64,000 nucleotides of DNA from Oikopleura dioica. Lineage: Eukaryota; Animalia; Chordata. The stretch lies in the NCBI GenBank assembly GCA_907165135.1, contig OU015566.1, positions 5,394,001 through 5,458,000 of the forward strand. Reading direction: 5' to 3'. Below are positions 12,703 to 26,211 of this stretch, in pieces. Under the pieces are notes generated by a model. That model was not told the DNA's origin, made no database searches, and saw nothing but the letters and a program-made list of their open reading frames with translations. How positions within the stretch are numbered: the stretch's first letter is position 1; each line of letters begins with the position of its first letter. Made by a program: the position numbers and the translations under genes.

Positions 12703-14947
12703 TCATGGTCGATTGCAAAGACAATCACATTCTTCTTTTGGTCGAAGGACCCATTTGAGTTTCCAGCCAATGTCCTCTGCAATATGATCAGTCTTGAATC
12801 GGATTTTGAGTTTGTCCCCGCAGATTTTTCCAACCCAGCCGCCTTCAGCAATACATGCATCTCCACACATAACTGCTGCACCTGCAGGTCGAGTTGAAGA
12901 GTGATCCATATTCACTGAAATCGTTAAGTTCTAAGTTTTCTCTTGTTTTTACCTTGATCCGCGTTCAAGACGTCAAAAATCTCGAGTCGATCATTTTGGC
13001 AGTTTGCTGAAGCCTCGATTCCGAAAGGCTTTTCCAACAGAACTTCATAGCAGCTGCCTTCAGCTCTGACAGTTTCGAACTCGTAAGTGCAGTTGAAATT
13101 ACTCGGGTAGTCGACTGCGTGTTCTCGCCAAGGGGAGCTTAGCTCGCCCATTGCATTGCCGAATTCATTTTCCTAGGAATAACTAGCTCGATATTTTTGT
13201 TTCTTCACTTACATGAACTTTGACAACGGAATCTGGGCAAGTCGCAGGATAGCAGTTTCCGTCTAACTGGAGATGATCATCTGGGCAAAAGCATGTTCCT
13301 GTTGCTTCAGCGCATTGATATCCATTGAAGCAATCCACATTCGCGCATCGATCAAAAACACAGTTCCCAGAACCATCTAGTGAATACTGAGGGAAACATT
13401 CACAGGTGCCACCATCGCAGTAAGCATTAGCAGAACACATGACTGGTTCTGGGTCAAGTGGGACAGATGATCCACCGCTTTTGATTTGCAGAGAGACGAT
13501 AGCTTTGGACGGTCTGTAGTTGTAAGCGGAGAGGTAGACGAAAGAGTGACCGGAGCCAACATTGTGGTTGATCCAAGTGTTTAAGTTACTAGAAGTCGCG
13601 TTGAACATCTTTTGGTAAGCGGCAGGGCCGGGCTGAGGATTACTTCGATGGTAGAAGAAGGTAAGAGGACCAGAAGCTTTCACGTCGAAGTTGTCTTTTC
13701 CAGTCATTCCAATTTTATAAGTTATTTTTCCAGGCGTACCAGTGCTTCCCCCAATTTGAGTGTCTCCTCCGTTGTTATTCTCAATATTGCCCGTGCAGAT
13801 TTTGCTCAAAAGATTCTTTTTGATTGGCTCGAAATCCCCAAATCCATCAAGCATTTCAACGTGATCAAGGGATGTCGCAATGGCCTCCAATTCATCCTCT
13901 CTTGCTCCAGCAACTCCAATAGCAAACGATTGAATGTTTTTCGAATTTGCTTTGACTCTATCTGCTGCCGCTTTTGTTGCTGCGAATGAGTTACTGGCAC
14001 CATCAGTAATTGTGACCATGAATTTCGCGGATTCTGGTCTGTCAGCTCCGAAATCTAAGAGCGCAGCATCGATTGCATCGGCAGTGTTTGTTCCACCACT
14101 TATTTTAGGCATATTTTGAATTTCATTGATGATATTTTTGTTCTGAAGTCATTCAATGCGAAGTAGAGCGTTGTATCAGATGCGTAACGCCTAATTGCGA
14201 TACGAGTTGTATCACTCCCGATATTGACGGATTTAGCGTAGTCTTCAAGAAATTGTCTTATCAGCTCAAAGTCCGACAAACTGACTGACCCCGACTGATC
14301 GACGACGAAGACAATATCAAGAGCTTTCGTCAAGCATTCACTTTCAGTTATCAGATCGAGTTCATCAGTAGCATCCTTGAAACCGTCGACAGTGTGATGA
14401 GTGATGTTTTCGAAAATCGCACCTTGAGCATCGATGGAGAAAGGAATCGGAAAATAATTAAGATCATCCAGGTGCAGAAATAGCGCAAGCATTGAGTAGG
14501 TCGGAATAGTCAGCTCATCGTACTCAAGCACGTCCCAGTCGACATTGAACGTAGTCGAAACAGCGCTTTTCATGCCAGAATTTTTGGTTGAATTGAATTG
14601 TTGCTCGTCGATTGGCCATATTTGCTGAACGTATTGATGCTCAATGATACCTAGATGATGAATTTTAAAAAGTCGAAAGCAATTGTTAATGACCGAAATT
14701 ACTCTCTGTGTAAGCATAACGAACAAAAAAGTCACGATCTACGTATTTCGGATCCCAAGTTGAGATCTCTGCCCAGACTTTTCCATAAGTCGCTCGAGCC
14801 ACATCTTCACCAGTTGATCCCGGGGTCATTGTAAGATCCTTGACTCCTGAGGAGCATTGTTGTGCCCTAACAAGCAACCCAAAAAGAGTCAGAAGGATCT
14901 AAATTTTGAAATCAAAAAAAGAAGTTGACGTTCTCTTTTACCTTCAT
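12703..14947 (-). CDS. Secreted VWA-EGF-CUB extracellular matrix protein (1-nt frameshift at ~14137)
   Basis: MK/ILLTLFGLLVRA signal. VWA: LDIVFVVDQSGSV...GGTNTADAI...VTITDGAS. EGF-like repeats. CUB: LSSPW..YPSNFNC..CQNDRLEIFD..ICG..FKTD. Confidence 0.88.
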
Positions 14948-15303
14948 GCAGGTGGATTTCCAGTCTTCGAAATCGAGAAAACTCTGAGCATTTCATTCTG
15001 CAATTCCATTTATATTGTCGCAACAACTGTTCATAAAAAATTTTCAATTTATATAAAACCCGGAAACAAGTTACAAAAAGGGAAAGTTGAGTCTCCCTTT
15101 ACCGGCGAAATTGACAACTATCGCCCAAATTTGTATAAATCTGTAAAACTTGATATGCCATTAAATTTGACTTTGTGTGTTCCCACACTCCTATTCTAGG
15201 ACTAATCCTAGGAAAAAAACAAACTTTCGGCCAAATGAAACGAAGTTATTTTGAAATTCGACAAAGAAATATGAGGACAAATTTATTTTCTAGCTCATTT
15301 TAT

Positions 15304-16823
15304 TTATGAATAATATGACCAGTAACCAACATTAAAGACCAAAAACAGTACAGGAATCCAGAGTCTGAATTTTTCATCCAACCACTCTGCATCCGGAACA
15401 GGCGGAAGCTCATCGTAGCGAAACTCAGGAAGCTCAGTTTTCTTCCTCGGGGGTTCTTCGCCGATAATTTCAAATAACCAGTCGTCTGGGTCTTCCTTAA
15501 TTTTTTCGATGAAAAAAAATTTGAAAGATATTTTTCAACCTGAGATTCTTCTTCTTGAATAAGCGCGTCATATTTTTTCCTGGCAATTTCGATTTGTTGC
15601 TCGCGAAATTTATGATCTCGGATGTACACATTCACTTTTGCGTATTCCACCAAACAAATAAACGTCAATATCTAGGGCACATTAATCACGGTATTCCTCC
15701 TTGATTTCAAACCTGGCAGGCAAAGAACCAAACATCAATCGCTTTGATATAAGAAACTTTGGGAAGTGACCCTGAAGTAGCTACTGTATTTACGCCTAAA
15801 TTAGCGAAAACACCGATGCAAATTCGAGCAGGGGAATTTCTCGGGTCAATCCAGTAGCTCATGTAGCTGAGAACAACGCCGAGTAGAGTGGGGATGAAAA
15901 TATTGATGATGTAATAGCCGAGTTGACGAGTGACGACAAATTTTGCTTCGATGCAGCTTTTGTGGTTTCGGAATGCTCCGTTTTCTATAGTTATATCAAT
16001 CTAAAGTTTAGATTTTAAACCAGTCCTGAAAGTCCCACTTTCGTAGTTCTTGTCACATTGCCCAAGTAAAATCCCTTTAGGATCAAAAGAAAAGTCCTTC
16101 ACAAGAGTTATTTTCAGTTTCCCAAAGAAATAACTCTTCAACAAACCCTGAGACCTTCCGAAAGAACAATTTCATTGAATTGAAAAGGCCCGCCTTCTTT
16201 TTTCTCGTCCCACTCAAAGTCGATTTCGCGGTTGGTGACGCTAAAACATTCCAGTTGCATGTAAATTTCTTGCGTATCCATCTAAGTGAGTTTTTGAAAG
16301 AAAGAAAAATAATTTTTTTTCGAAAATTTTTCAAAAACTTTCCGGAAATTTTGTCAGCGACATAGGGCTGGAGAGAACGAGCGTGATCCTCATACTGTAA
16401 ACAACCTCTCCTTCTCGACTTATTCGCACGAGCTTATTTTTGAGAGTTATATCATGGAAGCGAGAGGACTTTTCGTTGTTGAAAAACAAGTCTGGAACCC
16501 AAATTTTGTCCAAATATGTTGCATCTGGCGCTATTGGATCTCCCCTCACATTGTGCCCTAGAACACGGTAGATGTTACGTAATCTTATGAAAAAACTTAC
16601 GAAGTCGTGGGTCAGTCCATCTCTGTCTCAAGAACATATTTATCCGGTAATCCATCGTTTTCGCAGAAATTGAGCCGAAAGAATTGACAAAAATATTAAC
16701 GGCAACTTTGACAGGTTTATTCGTACCATAACCTGGCCGGACTCTCTTATCATAATTCACCAAAAGCTTATCGATAACGGAGGCCGAGAAGCAAGAAAAA
16801 AGATAAAATAAAAGCGCTCTCAT
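15304..16823 (-). CDS. Pentameric ligand-gated anion channel subunit, glycine receptor-like, lacking Cys-loop cysteines
   Basis: [36 protein letters not shown], loop [14 protein letters not shown]2 [23 protein letters not shown]4 [13 protein letters not shown]. Confidence 0.92.
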
Positions 16824-17310
16824 AGTTTCACTGCATACTTCTGAGGAGAATTGCTGCGAATGAGAAATTAATTGGATAATGATTTTTCTATGTCCGCTCA
16901 AATTAATTAGGACCGGTGGTATTGATCCAAAGTGCATAACTATTCTTTCAAGACGGTCACCTTTCCAAAAAAAAAATTAAATTCTGACAATTGAGGAATC
17001 AACAACATTAATGGGGTCAAAACTACCAGCTGCACCGAAAATGACCGTTTTCAATAAGAACCTACTGTAATCTATAATATTGTGATGAAATTTATTTATA
17101 CGGAATTTTTATCAATGTTCAACTGAAAAAGTCGACTCAGATTATTTTTACGAAATTTATTACAGATCTAATCAATATGGAGGAATCACGTGATGAGCCA
17201 AGAATCTTGGCAAGAAGAGCGGCTGTAGCTAAAACATTCATAAGGATCTGACGAGATTTTTTTATCTTGAAAATAAATACTACATGTTACATGTATTTCT
17301 CACTTACTAT

Positions 17311-20300
17311 TTATTCCGGACTGAGAGTAATTGAGTATGCGTGAGGCAGTAGATACCATCTTTCAGTTTGCATGTTGAAATTTTCATTGACTAAAGCTAA
17401 GAACTCGTTGTTGTCTCCGTAATAAACAAAATCTTTGTAGGAGTTAAAGCAATCTTCCATCATTTTGTAAGAAACGTAGAATTCTTTGGAAAGAGGAATT
17501 CTGATTTGCGAGCCGGAATGGTCGAGAAGAGTGGTTTGAAGAATGAATTCGGAGTTTTCGACACGGTCGAGCACCATTTGGTGAAAAAATATGGATCCAT
17601 CGGGATTCAAATAAGCGCCGGTTACAGTCAGGGGACGGGAGAATGTGAAGTTTCCATGAAGGAGGACTTGATAAAAAAACTTAGTAGAAATGTAAAGTAT
17701 CTTTTTATACCTTGCTCAAAGTGGAAGTGTCCTTTCAATTCATCCCGCGGCAAGGCCTTTCTGATGATATCCCATCCACTTACAGTCAAATAGGTTTTGA
17801 ATTCTATTCTTCTAAGAAGTAATTCAATCTCGTTTGTTTGAAAATCTTGTTCTTCTTTTTGCGGATTGAGATTGAGTCCAGCCATACTTCGCGGATAAAC
17901 GACCATTACCAGAATTGTTAATATTTTTTCCAAGGTAAAGAACCTTTCCATTATCTCATCATCAGAGTTCAAGTCGTTTTTTATAGCCCATCTAAGGAGA
18001 ACAGTGACTGAGATAGGAACAGAAAGGTCGCTTTCTTTTTGGTCTAAAACATTCATCATCACATTGTTAAAATCGATATCGATTTGTCTTGTCATTTTTT
18101 GTTTAATATTGGCCATCGCAATTGACTTCGTTAAGTTCGGATCGTCAAGGCTAAAATAAGAAGACGCATTTTTTAAAGATATTATTCGTGACAGCTTTTG
18201 GATATCTTCCTCTGCTGGTGTTTCATTTGAGAGCCATTCTGCATAGCAATCCTAAGAAAAATCTTAAGATTTGAAATATGAATCAATAGAAACCCGAAGC
18301 TCATCTTTGATTTTCTCCTCCTCATCTGGCTTGATTGGATCAAACAGAAGACTCCATGCAGTCTTCCAATCACAGAGAATGAAAACATGCAGCCTCGATT
18401 GAAATCCTCCATTAAATCCACAAAGTTGCCAGTTGCTCGAAAATCCTGCTGACCCAGCGTCTAGAATTGTATCTAGAAAATTTAATTCTAGTGTCATATC
18501 TTACAAAGATGATAAGAGTCCCTGTACTTGCTCCCTCTCCTAGTGTATCCTGTTTCGCGATAACTTTTTCTTCCTGTTCTTTCTTCAACGATACCGAAGT
18601 CAATCAGTTTTGCTTCCCCGTTTTTAAGCAGAACATTTTCGGGTTTCAGATCGTAATGTGTGATGCCAATTTTTCTCAAATACTTTTCTCCTTCCATGAC
18701 TCCAAGTGCTATCTTTTTTCTTTCTTCAAGACTCAAATCTTCTTTTTTGAGCCTGCTTCTTAGATCCGAGTCGCATTTATCCATAATTGTTATCCATCCA
18801 ATACAATCTTCCTGGTGAATATCGCCGGGAAGAAACATTTCGATGTTGCAAATATTTCTTATAACATTCGGATGGAGCGGAATAACATTTTTGGCATTCT
18901 TGTAGTCATTCTCTGCAGGTTTATAGTCTTCAAAATATGGTCAAACTTGGCAAAACTTGTCTCGAAAAATAAAAAATTCGCGACCAAAGAATCAAAGTTT
19001 TACCGTTCAGATCATTGATGTTCGTTGTGAAATTACGATCGACTCCCGTAAAAAGAGCGGAATCAAAAGGTTGTACTCGAATGGCAGTCTCAATTCCATC
19101 AAAATTCGCTTCGAGAACAATTGCTTCTCCACCAACTGAAATGACTTTGGGTTTTAGAAATTCATCAAGAATCCATTCTCCTGTTTCTTCTTTAAGCTCG
19201 TCACGTCTAAGTCGACGACCAGAAAGAGGGGATTCTCTTCCAATATTTTTTCTGAAATTGGGTAAGCTCAAATTTCTCCAAGCTCTTCATATCTTTGTCA
19301 AAGAGCTCTCCATATATCTTTTGATATCCAATGACACCTCTTTCTCTAAATATGACAGATTCCCAGTTGGCAGCATTTTCAGGGTCATTGAAATTCAAGC
19401 GTTCAATGGAGAGTATCAATCTGTCTAAATCATCACGCGAACTCGTTCTCTTCAATTTTGCAACAATTGATTCAAGCGATATCTTCACGTCTACTGGGAA
19501 AACAAGCGCACCAGGGTTCGTATCTCGATCTGTGTCGAGGACTGTTGATGAATTGGGATTGTCTTTGTTTTCTGCTTTTGACAAAGTAATTGAATAAGCA
19601 TAAGGATAGAGATACCATTGATCGGCGATCATGTTCCGCTCTCCATTTATTAACTGGAGTTTTTCCATTTTTGGACCGGTAAAATTAAAGGTTGATTCAT
19701 TTCCTCCTTTATAAATGTCATAATAAGGATTCTTGAGATTGATTCGTATCTGAGAAGGATTTTTGTCGGTAAACTGAGTATTTTGAAGAACGTATTTCCT
19801 TTCGCCTTTCTTTTCTTCCACTTTATCCAAAGTCATTTGGTGATAACAGATATCTCCTTGTGAATTTTTACATAAGCCAATTACTGTTAGAGGTCGGCCA
19901 AACTGGAAATTATTATGAAGAAGCACTGATCAATGATTATTAAAAAAAAAAAGTTTCTTTACCTTCATGCCAGTTCAAGATGCTTTTCCCAATTTTACCA
20001 AGCCTCGCAAGTATTTCCCAGCCACTTTTGTGTAAGTATGTTTCGAGTCTTAGCCTCTCCAAAATCTTGTCGATTTTTGTGTGTTGATAGTATTGTTCTT
20101 CTTTATCGGGGTTATAATTCAGTCCTGCTAAACTTCGAGGATATATTATCATTATCAGACATATAAAAATTCTCTCGACTGTGAAATTTTTCATCTCTTC
20201 ATCATTTACTTTCAAATCGTTTTTGATGGCCCATTTAAGGAGAACACTCACGGAAATAGGGACGCAGAGATTGCTGTCTTTTTGGTTGAGAACATTTTTG

Positions 20301-21907
20301 GTCAGGTTTTCGAAGATTTCGTTCATTTGCTTTGTCAATCTGTGTTTAAGACATGCAAGCGATAGAGATTTCGTTAGATTTTCATCATCAAAGCAGTCGT
20401 GAGTAGACGCATCCGATAACAAAATAGTTTTTGATAGATTTCGAATTTGATGAGAATGAGGAGTCGCATTAGAAAGCCATTCGGCGTTGCATGTCTAAAT
20501 GATTAGTAACAGTTGACGTCAAAATGAAGAATACAGAGTTCATGAATCTACCTTCAAAATCGTTTTAACATGCTTTCTTTTAGTCGGTTCAATTGGATTG
20601 AAAACAAGGCTCCAGGCAGTCTTCCAATCGCTCAAAATCAGAATGAAAAGTTTACTTCTTTCAATTTCGTAGCCCAAGTTGTTTAATCCTAGTTGTATAG
20701 CTCCAGTAAAACCTGCTGACCCGGCATCTAAGAAGACAGCTCAGACAATAGTTTATGAAAAGAATACTCACAAAGATATTTCCAGTTAATGAACTTGCTG
20801 CCTCTTCTTACATAACCCATTTGACGATAGCTTTCTCTTTTTGTTGATTCTTCGACAATGCCATAGTCTATCCATTTTGGTTTCCCATTTTTAAAAAGAA
20901 TATTTTCTGGTTTCTGGTCGAAGTGAAATAGTCCAATCTGTCCTAAATATTCTTCTCCTTCCTTGACACCGATGGCAATTTTTTTCCTTTCTTCCAGGCT
21001 CAAATCTCCTCTCTTTAGTGTTTCTCTCAAATTCGAATCGCACAGCTCCATAATCGTTACCCATCCAATACAGTCAGAAAGGTCTACAATCGAAAATATC
21101 TCGATATTTGCAAAGTTTTTGATGACATTTTCGTGAACAGGAATTACTTTGCTTTCATCGATGTTGTCGTTGTCGGCGATGTAAAAATCTAGACTCAAAT
21201 TTACTTATTCTGTTTTATCTTTCGATGGAAGTAGGGCAGTAACGATCGGTCCTTGTACTACCGGTTTTTTTAGTAAAAAAAGGCGTTCGAATCGAACGTT
21301 CGCGCGGGCTTTTATCACAGAGATTAATACAGTTACCTTTCGAAAGGTGAGTTTTAAAGCTGAGATTTTCCCATTGTTCAAAAAATAAAATTGGATCAAA
21401 AACGTGAACTCGAACTGCAACTTCGAGATCATTTATTTTTGCTTTGAGAACAATTGCTTCTCCTCCAACAGAAATAAATTCTTCTTCCGATTTTTCTCTC
21501 TCCTCGTTGTCTCGCATCTCCCACATTCCCTTTTCCTCTTCTGTCAACATCGAACGCTCAATACGTATTTTGGATGATCTTTCAGGCAATGACTTTTGAT
21601 AAGACTGAAGTAATTCTGTCTGGAGTGGAGTTGCTTTGAATTTTGATCCAGCAATTTCTTCTTCTTTGTCGTCTCTGTCTTTTATAATTCTATAAATTTC
21701 ACCAAAAAATTCTCCATTGATTTCTTTATAAACAACGTGTTTCCATCCAGCATCATCCTCATCATCAAAATCCATTCTCTCAATAGACAAAATCAGTCTA
21801 TCTAAGTCATTTCTACTCGTCTCTCTCTTCAATGTCTTCATAAATGGCTCCAGCCATGTCTCTATACTGTCTCTCGTCAACTCTTCTGGATGTGACGAGA
21901 CTTCCAT
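17311..21907 (-). CDS. Tandem two-unit fusion: [helical domain - protein kinase-like - papain-like protease] x2, second protease inactive
   Basis: Kinase motifs SVGGEAIV, VAVR/TAIR, HFDQKPEN/HYDLKPEN and IDYG/IDFG in each unit. Protease motifs NQKDSNLC..HQM..VLQN (unit 1) versus DQKESDLS..HQM..ILQT (unit 2). ORF 19207-19926 joins unit 1 to unit 2 without a stop. Confidence 0.75.
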
Positions 21908-22234
21908 TTTTTGAAAATCTCATCAAAAGCACTTTTCTCTCGATGGTTTCGAATTAAAACAAATATTTGCCATAAAAAATGTTTCCTTATGACGACAGCG
22001 GCTTCCCCGTTTTGTTCAATCAAAAGAAGTTTTTCATAAGTATAATATTTATTATTGAAGATCGAGTATAATAAAAATGGTGAAACAGCAATTTTTTCAG
22101 AAGTGAACAAAGAACGGAATAATTTTTAAATCATCATAAATTTACAGAAAAAAGAAGTAGCGCAAAAAGAGTTAATACAGCAGTTTTGTAGTTTATCATT
22201 TTTCTAAAGACTTTTAAAAGCATCAGCTCTTGTT

Positions 22235-24807
22235 TTAATTAACCGGAGGCACTCCATAAGGACTGGCTACCGACTGGATTCCAGCTCGTTTGAGGCGCTC
22301 GTTGAATAGTTGCCGCGTAAAGGCGTAGAGCTGGTATTCGTAGCGAAGCGGGCCCGTAGCGAAAAAGTGGCGAGTAGCGTTGTTCATTGGAACAGCGCCA
22401 ACTGTTTTTGTTGCAGCTCGCTTTTCCGCGATTCCTGGAAAGTTTGATGAATTTTGGAGTTTTCCAAACAAATAAGAAAACATTATTGACTTACTGTCAG
22501 AATGATAAACTTCCGTAGCGCCGGTAAAAAATCTCGGGAGCATTTTTTCAAAGAGCTTCAATGTATCGTCGAATTGTTCCAAAACACCAACGGCGAAGAA
22601 ATTGTGTTCAATGTTGTGCATCGCCTTCATCATCGCTTGCTTTGTCACTTCTTCTTTTCCAGAGCGCGAATTGCAGGGAAACGCGTTGCCGCAAAAGAAC
22701 TCGATGTATTTCCAAGTGATTGGGTCCATGCACTGATCGTTTTTCTGCTCGACGCATTGGTCGATTGTCTGAAAGAAAAAAATAAGTTTATGAGAAAATT
22801 ATGTTTAACAAATTTTTAGCGGAAAAAATTAGATCTTATTTGTTTTCGAGCTTCTGAATGAAAACCTAACCGATGCGATTAACCCCTAAATTATTGTTTT
22901 TGGTTGGTAACAACGATTTCATTAGACCTTAATTCAGCACTTACTCTTTGCTTGTCCTCCTCACTTCCATTGAAGCTTCCTCTGTCATCCTCTTTTCTAG
23001 TCCATCCAAATCGCTCGAAATAGTAATGGCTCTGGAACCAATCTGCCGGATCTCGGATGACATTTATATACGTCGGCTGCTGAATGTTGTACTTTTCAAA
23101 ATCCATAGGCAAGTGATGCTTCAGAAGCAGAAACGGCCAAGAAGTGACGTTGTTTTTGACGAAATTGACGAGCGGGCCTTCAGCAGTTAGACCGTCACCT
23201 AGGGCTTTGGTAAGGGTAGATTTTTTGAAAAATGGAGTTTTTTTTTCAACCGGACAAAAATCAGTAGATCAGTAGGTCAACTCCAAACTGTAAAAAGCAA
23301 AGAATAAGATTTCTTTGAAAATTTTGCCACGTGACTCACGTGACTGAGAAACAGGATTTTTCTTTTGACTCAAAAGAGAAGACCCTTTCATCCTCACGAC
23401 AAAGTACCTTCGAGGTTATGCGGGTTCAATTTGCGGTAGTTGAATCTGTTCTTTCGCCCCAACATGATAAGAATGTTGTTCATCGTGGAAGATCCGGCTT
23501 TGGGCAATTTGTTGTGGAAGATAAATTGTTCGTTTGGAATCGGCTAAAATTTTGTATCGGAAATGATCTTTGTTCAAGTTCTTACCCTGTCAAAGTTGGT
23601 TGCAAACTGATATTGACTGAAATCCTTGAGTGGTGGTTTGATAGATTTATCAGCATTTGAAATGTCCGGTAAATTTTCCTGAAACGAGCTTGGTGGCGGT
23701 GTATTTGCCTCTCCCACTGCCGGTGGTCCTCGATTCGGAGGGTCGATCCAGCCAGTTGCTGAGGCTTTCTTTACGACTGCTTCCACGACTGCTGGTTGTG
23801 CCGGTACTTGTTCATACATTGGTGCAGCGTTGTTAACCGGTTGCGCCGCGGCTGGAGCTACAGGCGCTGCCGCTGGAGCTGCAGGAACGGCGGGAGCGGG
23901 CGCTGCGGCCTGCTGAATTTGCTGAGCGGCGACGGGCTGAACTGGGACTGGACGCACTTCCAACTGAATAAGATGACAGTGAGTACTGAGCATTCTAGTA
24001 ATACTTTCCCATGGGAAGGGTTTGCTTACCTGATAGTCTTCGCGAGATGGCAGTGGGTTTGAATCATCTTCTGGTTCATAGCTAGAAATTCTAAGTTTGG
24101 GTTGGTTTTGAGCCGAGAATGGCGACTTTAGCGAAGTCAAACTACGACGGGGAGGGTTAGTAGTGACCTTTTTTCACTTGATTTTTAAGTTTTGAGTCAG
24201 AGATGATGAATTTTTTTGTTTAGCTTGTTTAAAATTTCGAGATAAATAAATTTTCAGGCGTTTGCCCTGAGGGCACGAACACCGGTTTACCGAAATGTCG
24301 CGGCGCGGTGGTACAGATCTGTCACCTCCACCACATCAAACCAAATTAAGCCGATGGAAATGAAAATCAGTAAATTCAACAACGAAATCAATCCGTCTGT
24401 GAATCCTTCCCACAGACAGACCATCTTCTCTTTTGATGGAAAAAAGGGTGGAATGAGGAGTTAGGGGTAATTTTGTTTGTAGCACTGGTTGTCTTGACGT
24501 TTGTCTTACCTGTAGGTATCTTGCAGTTTTGAGTGCTTCGCTCCATCTGAAAAAAAGTCGTTAAAAATTTGTTGCTTTGGATTTTAAGGGTGTCTCTCTA
24601 ACGTTCAAATGCTCCAGGGGCTTCGGTATTTTCATAATCTCTGGTGTCAAAAAACGTCTCTTGAATATCCTCCACGTAGCCGTTAGTGTATGCCGACCAG
24701 ACTAAAGCAGCAGCCAGCAAATTGGCCAAAACGAAAGTCGAGTTGCGCCTGCAAAAACGGCGTATTTGGGTGGGCAAATGGTGAGCCATTGTGCGACGGA
24801 TGCCCAT
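22235..24807 (-). CDS. Uronyl/heparan sulfate 2-O-sulfotransferase-like Golgi type II membrane enzyme
   Basis: 5'-PSB FHNKLPKAGSST, 3'-PB YINVIRDPADWFQSHYYF, FFCG and FFAVGVLEQFDDTLKLFE. N-terminal TM and Pro/Ala stem. Confidence 0.9.
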
Positions 24808-25287
24808 CGCTAGGGCTCAGCGCTGGAGCGGAGCCGCGGTGCACCACCAGGAGAAGTGTGGTGCAAGTTGCAACTCTCGCTGCTTTTTTTATTGCTCCAC
24901 CAAGCGCTCGTAAAGAAAATAAACGAGCACTTCTCTTTTTTTTTCTGATGTTTATTCAGAGTAGACTGATCTTGACTCAAAATCGTCAATAATTCAAAAA
25001 TTAAAAAAATTCTTTAAAAAATTGAAAAAAAACGATCAAGTTTTTTCGCGTTTTTGTGATTTTTTTTTCTCTGATTTGTTAAAAAAGATGAAATGAAAAA
25101 GAAAGTAGTGATAAATGTCAGCGGGGGAGGGAACTCAAAAGCATTCGCCGCCCAAACTGGCCTGGAGGAGGCGCTGGTGGAGGAGGATTACTCTCCAAGT
25201 CCGAGATTAAGTCCTACATGCTGATAACATTCATACGCATGCATCAACACCCCGGCGCAAGAAAAATAAATTACTTTCAAAATTTAC

Positions 25288-25528
25288 CTTGAAGAAACTT
25301 TTTCGAAATTTTTTCGGCTTCCAAAAGCTGAACTGTTCGGATGTAAAAGACAAATGCTACAGATATCATTACTGTAGCGAAACATGTTCGCTTCGATTTG
25401 GGATTGATGAAGAAATTATTTGTTAAAGTTAAAGTTTTATTCTTTAAAATTGATCCCAACCCGTAGAAGAGTCAAAAAGAAGAAGCAAAATGAAGGCCTT
25501 GATGATTTTTTCTTCTTATCAAGTTCAT
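25288..25528 (-). CDS. Candidate alternative first exon (cytoplasmic tail + TM) of the sulfotransferase
   Basis: Hydrophobic CFATVMISVAFVFYI, ending CAA G|GTAAAT (phase 1). Start codon uncertain. Confidence 0.35.
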
Positions 25529-26211
25529 GAAAAATTAGATTTCCTAGTATTTTCTTATTGAAAAAATAAAAATGATATTTTTACACACGAACTCTTTCTT
25601 CTTTTGGGGTTTTTACTTGGCATTTTTGAATATTTTCAAAGTTTGTTTTTTAATGATTTTTTTAATTTTTTTTGGTGAATAAGAATTTATTGATGAAGGT
25701 TTTTCTTTTTTGTCTTCGTAAAAATTCTCTTTTTAATGAAAAAATAATGTTTGAAGAAATCTAGTTTTGGCGCCGTAATGTTCGGAGAGGTGCTCTTCCA
25801 GATGTTTGGCGAAAGATGGCGGTGGCGGTGTCCGACAACTCAAAATCTGCCGTCACGATCTCGAGAGCCCCTGTCTCCTGAGCAACTCCACCAGTTGCCC
25901 GCTTATCTATTCAATTCTAGCCATTTTCGCCGGCTTCAGCTTTTGCCCGCGTGTTTGTTCCACCAATTTTCGACTTTGGTAAAAGAGTAAATTAATGCGG
26001 TCGCCGCTATTTTTTTAACTTTGGTGAGACCCTCAACTTGAGGGGGAAATTCGGCCACGTGAAGGATAAGGGGAGACTTTGGGCGATAAATTTATGATAG
26101 AAATTTTTTTCTCAAGAGGCCGCTTTTTTAGTCTTACTAAAGAGTCAAGAATTCGTCGGAAAAAACAGAGTTTTAAATCAATAAAAATCAAGAATTCGGA
26201 GCAAACTTTTA

